Assembly: GCA_977017575.1 (NCBI GenBank)
Contig: CDRNVI010000065.1
Span: 1-64,000 of the forward strand
Source of the DNA: Paramoeba atlantica
Lineage: Eukaryota; Protista; Discosea
Length of the DNA stretch: 64,000 bases
Direction of reading: 5' to 3'
Below are positions 22,364 through 33,186 of the stretch, piece after piece; within the stretch, counting starts at the first letter, position 1; each line of letters opens with the position of its first letter. The notes beneath the pieces are model-generated. The model had not been told where the DNA came from, searched no databases, and saw nothing but the letters and a program-made list of their open reading frames with translations. A program made the translations under genes and the position numbers.

Positions 22364-24668
22364 CAAAAATTATTGAATTTTTAATTGGTGTCGAAACCGG
22401 ACAACTTTTAATTTAAAATTTAATAATTTTTGTGCCAATAATTTTTGTAGAAATGTGTACATGCGCAAATCTTAGGCTGCGGGAAATTAAGCGCCCGTCG
22501 TAGTGTTTTCACGTTCTTATTGACTACCGTGGGTTGGCGGGTTGCTCGTCTCATGGCCTTCGTCAGGTGGAGTGAAATGGTGCGAGGGTGCATTCCAACA
22601 GAGAATTTATCATTGTACTCTTATTGGTAGATAAAAGCAATGCATGTATTAAAACAATGCAGCTAATGTTGCGTACAAAGGTGAATAACAAAAAAGAGCG
22701 CGCGTTAAAATATTTCATTTTAATATCTAGTGCGGGGAAAAAGTGTAGACCGATAGAACAAAACATGGAAAAAACCCCACAAAATATCAGCATAAAATCT
22801 GAGTAAATGTTATTGCGCACTTTCACAATTCAATACCATCAGAAAATTCAATACAATCAAAAATATTTTGGAGGTGCTCATCAAAGGGGGAGTCACAGCA
22901 CCTAAACTTTAGGACCGATTCCGTACGATGAGAGAGGAGTAAACGTCAGACTCTGAGCGGATTTATAGCGCTCCTTTTGTCTTCGCGTCATTCCACGAAG
23001 TCGCTGGCGTAGATTCGTGATATCTTCAGCCTCTCGTCTCTGGAGTTCCAGTTCTTCAGTTGAGAGTACCTTACGAGGTCAGCCGCGTTTTCGCTTTTCT
23101 CCAGGTGCGCTTCTTTCGATTGTGGCGCTTGCTGTCGAATTTTCGTTCTCTTCTATTATATTGATGTCCCCTTCTGCGTTCCCAATGGATGAGGTGTTAA
23201 TTTCGTCGGAACCTTCATCGTCCAAGAAAATCGCACCACTAGACGTATGTAAATGAGTTTGCAAAAGCTTGTAGGCATCGAGACGTGACGGTCGGTTTTT
23301 TTTGCTGCCAAATAACACCACTGGAATTTCGGTTATTTCCCAGGAGGCCATAATCTGAGCTTGGGGAAGTTCTTGCATAGCCTGCACAATGTACGACACT
23401 TTTTCTCTCGGCAAAGTGTTCGCGATGTGCAAATAACGTTGGAGATGGCTGAATTGAGGTCGGAACGCGCAAAGATGCGGGATACATCATCGTTGTAGAG
23501 CTGAATAGCGCGTTGTTTTAGGCCAGAGATTACAAACTGATCTGCAGGTTGAAAGACATGCGTCATTTTCTTGGGAATACGAACTACCTCGCAAGAAGAA
23601 CCAAGGAGAATCTCATCAGTACCACTATGCTGAGTGGTTCATCAATAATCAAAAGGGCGGGGGCAGCGGGCTTCTTCATAGCTTCACGTTCGGAGGCAAG
23701 TATCTCCTTAAAGCGACTCAAAAAAGTTGACCACGTCGAGGCGTCTTGAAAATGAGATCCTTTCCGGGCACATTGTAGAACACGTGGGTCGCTACCAACA
23801 TTGACGAATACGCGACTCGTTCCCTGGAATATGAACTGTAACATTTTGATTTCTCCAGCTGCAGATGAAAGAACGTTGCAAGTGAAACCCTGCTTTTCAC
23901 GACGAACTGAAATTGTGCGGGACTCGCCTGGATTAATGCGTTCCCAGGTCCAAGTGGCATTTGCTTGTCCTAATCCCAGACACACAAAGAATTCGTCTGT
24001 GTTAAACACAAGCTCTTTTTCACCACGATTTTTATAGCTTTCAAGCTGTGAAAAGAATGTTTTAGATGCCTCAACAACTTCATTCGGCGTAACAGTTCGA
24101 TCGCTAGTAGCGTGGCGGACACGAATGTTATTTTGCTTCATCCAGTCCTTTGCCCATGATAGCGAAAACTTCAGAGGACCCCCCTTTAGGGATGTGGATT
24201 TCGGGGAAGATTGCTCTTTGATACCGCGGGCCACACTAGCTACAAGAGCCGCGTACACTGGGACAGCTTGCTCCCTCATTTTATCGAAAGCTTGAAGGAC
24301 AAGTGAAGATTCCTTTCCCGTAAGTAGGCCACGCCGGCCGCGACTACCGATGTTTTCTAGCGAGCGCATGCCCTTATATTGCGAAACGCAAGCAGCCGAA
24401 ATTACTCGTCCAAATTGATCCAAAAATCTCTCCATAACTAGTGCATTTTTACATGCACCTCAAGTGTTGTCAAAAAGCCATTCGCGCTCGTCCGGCGCTA
24501 AATCTTTCGAGGACGGCTGACTTTTCTTCGTCTGATGGATCGAATTCGCTACCAAAAAATGCTGAGCAATGTCCTGGTTGACCATCTCGAGCGGTTGACA
24601 AAAAATAAATAATAAATAAAACGCAGGCAAAAAACGACCATTTTTAATTAAAAATTCAATAATTTTTG
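22364..24668 (-). mobile_element. pogo/Tc1-mariner-type DNA transposon relic
   Basis: 23-bp perfect inverted repeat at 22364-22386 and 24646-24668 brackets a frameshifted transposase. Confidence 0.75.
23079..24435 (-). pseudogene. pogo/CENP-B-like DDE transposase, frameshifted
   Basis: FSLSWAKDWMKQ (HTH-like), LVFNTDE, ALLIID, THVFQPADQFVI match the pogo DDE_1 motif pattern; the reading frame breaks near 23590. Confidence 0.85.
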
Positions 24669-24699
24669 TACCATGAATATTAGCGACAATAAAATTTGA

Positions 24700-24930
24700 C
24701 TGGGATGTATATAAACTCTGAATTTGGAGGTGGAAGAATATAAGTTTGAGAGAACAATGTTATGTATTCTAACCGACTTACGTCGGTCTATTGGATTGGA
24801 TTGGATTGGATATAGCAATGGGTAAAATCTTTCTTAAATTGGCTAGCCGAATCACCATGGACAGGGTAGCAGAAGCAACGGGCAGACTTTTCCGAGATGC
24901 ACAATTTGGTGTTGGAACAAGAAATAGAAA
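24700..24930 (-). pseudogene. LINE fragment (APE-RT linker)
   Basis: Homologous to 14610-14800, including the (TTGGA)4 run. Confidence 0.6.
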
Positions 24931-24947
24931 TAGGAGGACCTAAAATA

Positions 24948-25752
24948 ACCCAGATTGAAAGGGGCGAAGGAGATACGAAGCAACAGTCGTGGCAGATTCC
25001 CACTGAAAAGAAATGGTATCTCCCCGTACCAAGTTTGTCTCCGAGCCAGCAAGCGCTAAGGCTTTTCTCGTGCGGGGAGATTCCATTTCTTTTCAGTGGG
25101 AATCTGCCACGCCTGTTGCTTCGTATCCAGAACGTCTAAAACTTCAACGAAACAACAAGAACCAAAAGGTTCTGACAAATATAGACGGGAAAAGTGAAAT
25201 TAAACCAAAGCTGCGAAGCCCACAAATAAAAAGAAAGCATTCTACAGAACGCGTTTCACGTGACTAATGGTATTTGAAATCTTGTGAAATATATTCCCCC
25301 CCCCTAATTTCAAATTTTGAGTAGTGCTTTTGTAGCCCGGACAAGGCGAGAAGTTCTTATTCATGTTTTTTCTGTCAGATTGTTTTTATTCTTATTACTA
25401 TATTTATTATTTATCGTAGATATATAAGGTTATAAGTTTTATGTTCATATTTATATGTTAGTTGTATTGTTTTATTTTAGCGCTCAAGTAGTTGATACCT
25501 TCAATTTACGTTGAACTCTAGGGGCGTTGGTGGTTCCATTTCCTGGTTTATTGTAATGAAAAGACTCATCCTTATGCGAGGGCTCATTAAAACAAACACT
25601 AAATTTGAGATATGGTAAACAGTTGTGTGGTCAGTGTTTTTAATCTAAGGTGTGAAGATGTTTAAGGGAAAATATTAACCCCTTAACTGATTATATCAGT
25701 GTTGTTGTTGTTGTTGTTGCTTCGTATCTCCCTCGACCCTTTCAATCTGGGT
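24948..25752. mobile_element. Foldback MITE (TA-flanked) interrupted by a retroposed insertion
   Basis: Ends TA|ACCCAGATTGAAAGGG and CCCTTTCAATCTGGGT|TA; inner arms GCAGATTCCCACTGAAAAGAAATGG / CCATTTCTTTTCAGTGGGAATCTGC; same family as 42786-44827. Confidence 0.8.
25128..25714 (+). mobile_element. 5'-truncated non-LTR insertion with (GTT)n tail and 14-bp TSD
   Basis: TGTTGCTTCGTATC duplicated at 25114-25127 and 25715-25728; ORF tail, AT-rich UTR and (GTT)n tail inside. Confidence 0.75.
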
Positions 25753-25922
25753 TATACGGCGGGCCCTTCGAGGCGGTGAAGACCCGGTTGGTTCCTTCAC
25801 AACGTGGCCAGCTGGTCACTCTTTCACAACATGGCCAGCTGGCCACCCTACCACATGGCGAGTTTGCCACCCTTCCACAACATGGCCAGCTTGCCACTCT
25901 TCCACGAGATGTCCAGCTGACC

Positions 25923-26305
25923 AAAAAAAATCCAAATCATTCCTGATTGCTCCGGATGGTCACTGGCAAGCCCGAACCTTCACAGACAGATTTGGAAGTT
26001 CCGAGGCCGACGTCCTCTACCAGTTTCCGCCTGTCCAAGGCGGCACCAACGTGCTATTGCCAACACGCTGCGTCGACGAATTGTACGTCAACACGGCTCA
26101 CCCAAGAGGTGTAAGCCGGGTAAGGGAGCTGGTTCCCTGAGGGGAGGGTCCGGGACGGTCCTCCGAGTGAAGCCGCCAGGAATATTGCGATGAGCGGGTT
26201 TGAACTCGCTGTCTGAGCACCATGTGCTTGAAACTTTGAATTCTTGCCACTCCTCCACCTCCTTGCCACTCCGCCACCTCCTTGCCACTCCGCCACCTCC
26301 TCCCC
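25923..26305 (-). mobile_element. Subfamily A element, minus strand, internally deleted, with duplicated box A motifs
   Basis: Reverse complement of the body at 25927-26250; GGAGGTGGCGGAGTGGCAA repeated at ~26245-26305. Confidence 0.75.
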
Positions 26306-26543
26306 CGCCGCGCGTACAGGTATGCACGTGGCACTTGATGATGATGATGTCACAGGTATAAACCCCACAGACGGGGTTTACTCACACTTACTCTTTCACG
26401 TACCACTGTACCGCTCTTTCACGTACTCTGTACGTGACTCTTTCACTTACTCTTTCACGTACCACTGTACTTATAGTGGCAGTGCACTTACTCTCGCACG
26501 TGTCACTGCAGCAATTTTTTTTTTTTCGATTTTTTTAGTAAAA

Positions 26544-26617
26544 TGTCGATGTCGGGAATCGAACCGCGGACGTCCAGCGTCAAAATGGAAACCCTTTACC
26601 AACTGGACTACTCAAAG
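26544..26617 (-). pseudogene. tRNA-like pseudogene or Pol III promoter cassette
   Basis: Minus strand TAGTCCAGTTGGTAAAGG (box A/D-loop) and GGTTCGATTCCCG (box B). The acceptor and anticodon stems do not pair. The 3' end resembles the subfamily B head. Confidence 0.55.
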
Positions 26618-26911
26618 GACGCTCCTTAGTCAACCAGTTTGTCGTATCGCAGACCTTTGCACACGCACTTCTTTTTACGAAAAATGTTCTAAAATTTGGG
26701 AAATAAGGTTGTTTTTGAGGTGATTTTTAGAGTATTGAAGAGTTCATCTAATGACCTACTGCAACGTTTCGGAATTTTGAAAAAACTCGATCTTACGCTT
26801 CTTTGACGATCTTTTTCAATTTTTGGAATTAACCTTAGTAAGCGAGTTAGATACTCCGTATCTCCCTCAATATTAAGGGCAAGAAACGCATTTCGTCAAA
26901 AAGCGGACTTT

Positions 26912-28709
26912 TTGCTCTTGACAGTAGACATCCGTAACGCCTTCACTTCAATTGAAAGAAACGCGGTGTTTCAGTATCTAAGGGGAAATGAAGAATTTCA
27001 GGAGCTCTACGGGGTGACCTCATATGTGTATGGGGCTCCAACTACGATATTTAATTCGTCGTGTTCGCCAACTATGGTTCTGAAGGGATTCCGAAAAGCT
27101 TCAATGAATCTGGAACTCCCCTCTTTCTGTTAGCTGCAAACTTATTACGGTGGTTGGAAAACTACCGCTCTATCCTCGATTAGTGAAAAAAAAGTGAACA
27201 AAAACAGTGAAAATACAAAGAGGAACACAGTAGTATTATAGAAGAAAAATTTATACACCCATGGACAGAAGTGTGCCCCCGGCCTGGCAAATGTCAATTT
27301 TTTCACCCGTTTTTTCTCATTTTTGCAGCATTCGAGAGATCTCGTTCCCCTAGCGAAGAGCTTTGCCGCCTTTGCTTCATAGGGACCCCCTGGTACCCCC
27401 TGTTTCCAAAAAACATGGTTTTATTGCCCGTTTTTTTGGAACACAGTCAATTTCTCTAGTATATTATCTTTTTTTCTCCCTTTTTTTTCTTCATGAGGAC
27501 CCCGCCTCGTATAAATCATAAACGAAACATCGTGTTTTGTCGATTTCGGAGCGAACAGAGATAGTCAAACAGCATAAATCCACACAACTTTGTAGTTTTA
27601 AGCCACACAACTCTGTAACCCTGACAAAGGCCACAGAAAAGGCGTTTAATGCTCTAAAACGTGCACCACATACACAGATAGAAAGTGTTGAATTCCATCA
27701 AATCTGTTCCTAAACGTATGCAAATAGTTATTCAGACCAATGGGGAGCATTGCGGATATTGATACTTCTTCCTTTTTTCTCATTTTCTCATTGAAAGGGT
27801 GATTTTTTTCTAGATGTCTAATGTACCATTTTTTGTTTTTGGTCTACTTTGGGGTCACCACCAGAGCACCAGGGGGTCCCTATAAAAAAAAAGGCGGCCA
27901 AGCTCTTCGCTAGGGGAACGAGATCGCTCGAATGCTGCAAAAATGAGAAAAAACGGATAAAAAAATGGCATTTACCAGGCCGGGGGCACACTTCTGTCCA
28001 TGGGTGTATAAGGGGGCTCCGGTGGTCCAAAATTGAAAAAAAAATTTGAAAAAAATGGGGGGTCTAGGGGGGGGCATAACGCACGAAATTTTTTTGAAAA
28101 AATTATTTTTCGAAACAAACCCGCAGAAGGGGTAGCCGGGGTCTTGGCGCGCATTGGGAAAGTGGTGCCGCAACCCCCCTAAGCCTCGTTGTACGAAGAA
28201 AAGATGTGGCAATTTGGGGTTTGCAAATCGTTTCCGAAGAAGGCGGTCTCGAGTCCTCCAAAGGTACGATTTTCTTTCTTAAAACTATCAGTTTATGGTG
28301 TTGTCCTTGATTCTTTGCGAAGAATACTTTTTGCGGGCCAAAGTTTTCGTCGGACCAAATTTCGGGCGAAATTTCGGGACAATTTTACTAATATAGGATA
28401 GCGAGGGAGTAGTATCTCCCTCAACTAGTATATAGACTCACCATGGCGGAGCACGGTGGCGATGAGGATTTTGTATGCTGTAAAGTTGATCTTCGATGCG
28501 CGTTGAACCACGTACTCAGCACTTCCCCAGATATCCAAGGTCTGAATAAGAAAAGAAATGGCAACCTTCGCATATTGGGAAGCCCCAATGCATCCACAAG
28601 CATTTGCTACCGATATCTTTTTTTTTTCCCGATACCGATATCTACAACTGGAAAACGTACTGGAAATGCACTGGAAAACGCAATCACCCTAGCTGAGAAC
28701 TCCATCTAA
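26912..28709 (+). pseudogene. Reverse transcriptase remnants of a second, CRE/SLACS-like non-LTR family, split by MITEs
   Basis: LTVDIRNAFTSIERNAV (motif A of the D..NAF.SI.R type) at 26912; NLRILGSP at ~28560. Confidence 0.5.
27256..28006. mobile_element. MITE family 2, ~130-bp imperfect TIRs, TA target duplication
   Basis: TA|CACCCATGGACAGAAGTGTGCCCCCGGCCTGG ... CCAGGCCGGGGGCACACTTCTGTCCATGGGTG|TA. Confidence 0.9.
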
Positions 28710-28830
28710 GCAATACAAGTTGGAGGGCTAAAGCCAAAGGTGAATTTATCGCTTCTTCATTGTACTTGATTTTGTCAAATGGTATAAATTGAGGGTTTAT
28801 ACACTACGCATGGCTCCCGCAACGGAGCTA

Positions 28831-29094
28831 CAGGGGGGTGGAGCTAAATCTGGGGGGTCAAAATTTCGTAAAATTTAGCCAATTGTAGAAAATAATAGCG
28901 CATTCGGGAGCTCTCTCGAATCCCTCTGGTGGAAAATACGTCGTTTCCTGCCGTTTTGAGCCTTACTTTTTTATAGCGAAAATGGCACTTTCTACCAGAA
29001 GGATTCGAGAGAGCTCTCGAATGCGCTATTGTTTTCTAAAATTGGACAACATTTACAAATTTTAGACCCCCCCAGATTTAGCTGCACCCCCCTG
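28831..29094. mobile_element. MITE family 1 (CAGGGG ends), 264 bp, TA target duplication
   Basis: TA|CAGGGGGGTGGAGCTAAATCTGGGGGG ... CCCCCCAGATTTAGCTGCACCCCCCTG|TA; arms about 90 bp. Confidence 0.9.
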
Positions 29095-29337
29095 TATAGG
29101 CCTTCGCAAACGACTCGATAACGCAGTTTAACAAACTTGGAACCTTTTATTGGTCCTTTAAGTGGCACTGCTCGCTGACAGGTGCAACGAGACAAAAGTA
29201 CGAAGGGTTGTATTCAGAGGTAACGCATTCCACTTCACCCTACGTATGCTTCACCGCCTTCGCATCAGCAAATCGTTGGGATCATTAGGATCCCATGCAA
29301 GCCCATCTCATTCAGCCCATCTCAAATCTTGATAGTT

Positions 29338-30234
29338 TTATATAGAAGGAATTATAGCTAACGACTGATTGATTTCATATACCGAGGAAAAAATGTAAGT
29401 AGGGTCTAGATGACGATCAGTACCAAATCCGTTTTCGAGCCTCTCTGATCCTGTCTGCACCCATATTGTACTACACCCCATACTTTTACCTAACGCGATA
29501 TCAGTAGAAAGACGGTCGCCTATAACGATAGAACTAACGGGACTTACTTGTATGTTATGCTCTTCCAGATACGAACGAATACCCAAGGAGTTCGGCTTTC
29601 CACATATAACATCCGGCTGCTTTCCAGCTGCCATACTCACTGCAGCCACAATCGCCCCAGCACCGGGGGTTCCCAAGCCACGAGATGACGGGAGCTGCGG
29701 ATCACTGTTGGTTGCAATGAAATAAGCGCCGTCTTGCACACATTGCGAAGCGTAGGCTATTTTGTACATATTTATTCTTGAATCCATTCCAACGACTACT
29801 GCTGCAATATTATTTTCTCTCCGGTCCGACAGATATTTGTTTAAAAATTTAGATGCAGTGTATGCCTGATTTTTATCCTCTTCCCCTAAAGTAGTGAATC
29901 CGGCGCTACGTAGTTCACAGTGGAGGCCGCTCTCGCCAATAACGTACACCAGTGCGCGTGGAATGCTGCTAGAACGACGTTGCTGAAGTAAGCGAGCGCA
30001 GAGAAAACCACTGCTTATGATGTCTTCTTTCCTTGGTTCAGGAAACCCTAAACAGGTGAATTTGTTCAGATATTGAAGTCTTGAGAGAGTAGAGTTGTTA
30101 GTAACAAAAAGGATGCGCTTCTCTAATTGACGCAGAGTCCGAATCAGGTCGACGGCTCCTCGAATAACTGCACCATCTCTCCAGAGAACTCCATCACAGT
30201 CGAAAACCCAGACAGAATACTGCAGGAGATCCAT
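29338..30234 (-). CDS. HAD-superfamily IIA phosphatase (phosphoglycolate/p-nitrophenyl phosphatase-like)
   Basis: Motifs FDCDGVLW, FVTNNS, GKP, IGDRLSTDI. Confidence 0.93.
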   Translation of the reverse strand: MDLLQYSVWVFDCDGVLWRDGAVIRGAVDLIRTLRQLEKRILFVTNNSTLSRLQYLNKFTCLGFPEPRKEDIISSGFLCARLLQQRRSSSIPRALVYVIGESGLHCELRSAGFTTLGEEDKNQAYTASKFLNKYLSDRRENNIAAVVVGMDSRINMYKIAYASQCVQDGAYFIATNSDPQLPSSRGLGTPGAGAIVAAVSMAAGKQPDVICGKPNSLGIRSYLEEHNIQVSPVSSIVIGDRLSTDIALGKSMGCSTIWVQTGSERLENGFGTDRHLDPTYIFSSVYEINQSLAIIPSI

Positions 30235-30269
30235 TGTTTTTTATCCTTTTTGGAGGAAAATTCCAATTT

Positions 30270-30320
30270 CTAGATGGAAGAAATAGAAAAGCACAGAAAA
30301 GAGAAAAATATTATTCTCTA
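30270..30320 (-). promoter_or_regulatory. Polypyrimidine tract plus AG (candidate trans-splice acceptor) for the phosphatase
   Basis: Minus strand TTTTTCTCTTTTCTGTGCTTTTCTATTTCTTCCATCTAG, ~35 nt before the ATG. Confidence 0.6.
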
Positions 30321-30723
30321 TACCGACGTTTTAAAAACTTTGCTTCCAGTTCCTCTTCTCCACTCGACAAACGAAACACATACATGTATACTACAGTACA
30401 TGAGGGGCTGATCTCGTTTTGAGGCCGTCCAACCACCCTCCCGAGCCAAAACCGCCCGCGAGGGATGTCGCGTGATCTGACGTGATCTCGCGTGATATCA
30501 CATGATCTCGCGTGATCTCGTCTTGGGCCTCACCCGCAGCCCCTCAATAGATGTATGAAAAACCACTTAAGCGTTTTATGCAAATTAATGAGACTAAGAG
30601 TTTATGACCTAGGAGGTCATGTCACGCGTAGGGCTTTTCTACGTGCTACATATACATGTATTTCACATGTTTTTTTCACAATTAAAGCGAACAAAATACG
30701 ACGCAAGAAAGCGGAGTTGAATT

Positions 30724-32976
30724 TCAACTCCCAGCGCTACGAGACGTACGAAAAACGTGGCCAAACAGAGCCCCCATACTTGCCATCAGATGTCGAATTT
30801 CTAAGGTCGCTAATATCATTGTGTCGTTCTCCTCGGCGTCCTCATCTACGACTGCAGAATCATTTAGATGAGTTTGAAGGCGATACAAGGCTTCCCTCAC
30901 AGAGGGATGCGTCGCTGGGAGTGATGGGTACGCAACCGAACTTTCAACGACATAGCACGGGGGAATAAGAATCGAGGAAATTTGCTGAGAGTTCACAGTG
31001 ACAGTGTCGCGGGAATTGACACATTCAAAGGCACGTTGTCTTGGAGAGCCATAAAGCTCAGAATGCTCTTGAACGCTTACTGCGAATGTGCTCCTACAGC
31101 CCCTTTTTGCAATGGGGGGAAATCTTTCATGATTAGTCTCAGTACCAGAGTACGCATGAATATCCAGTTGGCTTTGTAGGAAATCTAAAGGAAGAGTGCA
31201 GTTAGTTAGGGACCAAGGCATTTCCTTAGTTATCATTAAAAAGTTAGTGAACGTAGTGCTCGAGGTTTTGATCTTTCTAGGGAAAGGAAGATTATTTTTC
31301 AAAACTAAATGGCGAAGACGTTCCGATATATCTTTTCGCGTTCTTATTCCGGCCATCGTGCGGTACAAGATATTCATTGTTTCTTTCTGAGTGAGATACT
31401 TCTCCTGCGCCCACGTGTACATTGCCCAAAGCCTCTCATTTTCAAGAGTGGTCCAGGCCCGTCGAAAGCGTCCCCCCTTTAAAAGGGTCCAGTATCGTGA
31501 TTGTAAATGACGAGATGACCTTGTTGCAAATTTTGACGAACATGGAATTCGAGGAGAAATGTCGTGGAAATGTATAGCAACGCTGTTGGGATCATCCGTT
31601 CCGTATATGTGGAATAAAAATAAAATTTTTGCATCGTCAGAGGAGCTGAATTCTTGGCGTAGCTTTTTGAAGGATGCATGGGAGTTGTAGTTTGAACCCT
31701 GTCGGAGGTTCTCTCTTACAACCTTAGTGTGATACACAGAAATTTGTGGCAACTTTCTTGGAAGCCTTCTTAAGGCACTACAAAGGCTAGCATAGTCGAC
31801 GTATCGATCTCTGTAATGAGCCTCTAAAATTAATGCTCCTTCTTCAGAAGAAAAATCAAACTGCTCTGTCCCTTCAAATTGACTTGTATTTTGAAACCTT
31901 TTGACCAGACCTGCTGGCTTGCCGGCTTCATCTTGTGCAAAGTGATTATCCTTCATTTCAGATACGATGCATTCTGAACTGTACTCTTTCGTTCGATATC
32001 CAGAATCAAGTAGAAGACGTCTGAAACAAGAGAAACATTGCCAGGAAGAACGGCCTGTGCCCAGCTCATCGGAAATATGATCCCACACACCGAATTTTGA
32101 AAACTTCGCCATGTATTCGTCGGAGTTCAAATCGTGTCTTTTAGATCCAGTGAAACCTTCTGCAACACTAAAACTTATGCCGAATTTAGTTGCAAGCGCA
32201 AGAAGTAGTTTTATTTCATCTTCAGTCCACGGTGTCAAATTTGAACCGAAGAGAATCGCATGTCTGAAATGCACGTAGCAAGCAAAGCCAGGACGTTTCA
32301 AATGGCGTCCCATCAACTCCCAATGACTGGGTTGTAAATCTGATTCAGCGTGCTTTAAAATCGATTCGGTAAGTGCTGAGGTAGCTGTCGATAAATTAGA
32401 CACGAGATAGACATTTTCTGTAACAAGTTCGAGTAGTCTTTGTGTCTGAATCGAGGACCATTCCCACTGGTGTGAACCAAAACAGGGGTTGATAATGTAG
32501 CGGTAAACGGCATAAATATTCGTACACGGCTCCTCCTCTGATATCTCAGACTCGGTAGTGTCTGTACTGCCACTGTTAAGTGGAGCTATTGCTTTTATTG
32601 GTTTTGAAAAATGTTTAATCGCGTTTCGATGCCAAGGCGATCCCATGAAATCTGAGTATCGAATCGCTTGTAATTTACTGGGAGGTTTGTCTTTGCTCAT
32701 TCGTAAGTTTTTCTCTTTATTGGCGGTACGTGTTTGTTTGGCAGCGAAACTACTAGAAAAGAAGTGAGAAGGACTCATATATTTTCCAGGTACCCAATAA
32801 GTCTCATATTTTTCAGCGGCCTCACGGAGAAGATACCGACGAGAATCCTCCTCCGAGTCTATTGAAGATAGGTCAGGAGGAGATAATATAGTCTCAATCA
32901 AATGGTCGTCAGACAACGCTTTCTCCCGAGGTGTGGACTTTGAACTACACGACTCTGAAGAAAATAAACGTTCCAT
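30724..32976 (-). CDS. Multi-Myb/SANT-repeat protein (possibly SNAPC4-like)
   Basis: Trp-spaced repeats WEWSSIQ...HWELMG...CYVHF; PWTEDEIKLL...WDHISDELGTGRSSWQC; AWTTLENERL. Confidence 0.7.
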   Translation of the reverse strand: MERLFSSESCSSKSTPREKALSDDHLIETILSPPDLSSIDSEEDSRRYLLREAAEKYETYWVPGKYMSPSHFFSSSFAAKQTRTANKEKNLRMSKDKPPSKLQAIRYSDFMGSPWHRNAIKHFSKPIKAIAPLNSGSTDTTESEISEEEPCTNIYAVYRYIINPCFGSHQWEWSSIQTQRLLELVTENVYLVSNLSTATSALTESILKHAESDLQPSHWELMGRHLKRPGFACYVHFRHAILFGSNLTPWTEDEIKLLLALATKFGISFSVAEGFTGSKRHDLNSDEYMAKFSKFGVWDHISDELGTGRSSWQCFSCFRRLLLDSGYRTKEYSSECIVSEMKDNHFAQDEAGKPAGLVKRFQNTSQFEGTEQFDFSSEEGALILEAHYRDRYVDYASLCSALRRLPRKLPQISVYHTKVVRENLRQGSNYNSHASFKKLRQEFSSSDDAKILFLFHIYGTDDPNSVAIHFHDISPRIPCSSKFATRSSRHLQSRYWTLLKGGRFRRAWTTLENERLWAMYTWAQEKYLTQKETMNILYRTMAGIRTRKDISERLRHLVLKNNLPFPRKIKTSSTTFTNFLMITKEMPWSLTNCTLPLDFLQSQLDIHAYSGTETNHERFPPIAKRGCRSTFAVSVQEHSELYGSPRQRAFECVNSRDTVTVNSQQISSILIPPCYVVESSVAYPSLPATHPSVREALYRLQTHLNDSAVVDEDAEENDTMILATLEIRHLMASMGALFGHVFRTSRSAGS

Positions 32977-33186
32977 TAATAGAGGGAAGAGTTCTAGGTG
33001 TCAATGACGACATAATTAAAATATTTGCAGCTCGCCTTCAGCAAAATCGTACAAATTTTAGACGTAACTTTGATGGCTATTTCATAAACTATACTGTTAG
33101 CTATAAGATAGCTAAAAATATAGTAAAGATTATGAATCAAACTCCAGAACCTGATTTCAGAGTCATTCACAGCAGCGACCCTGCTG

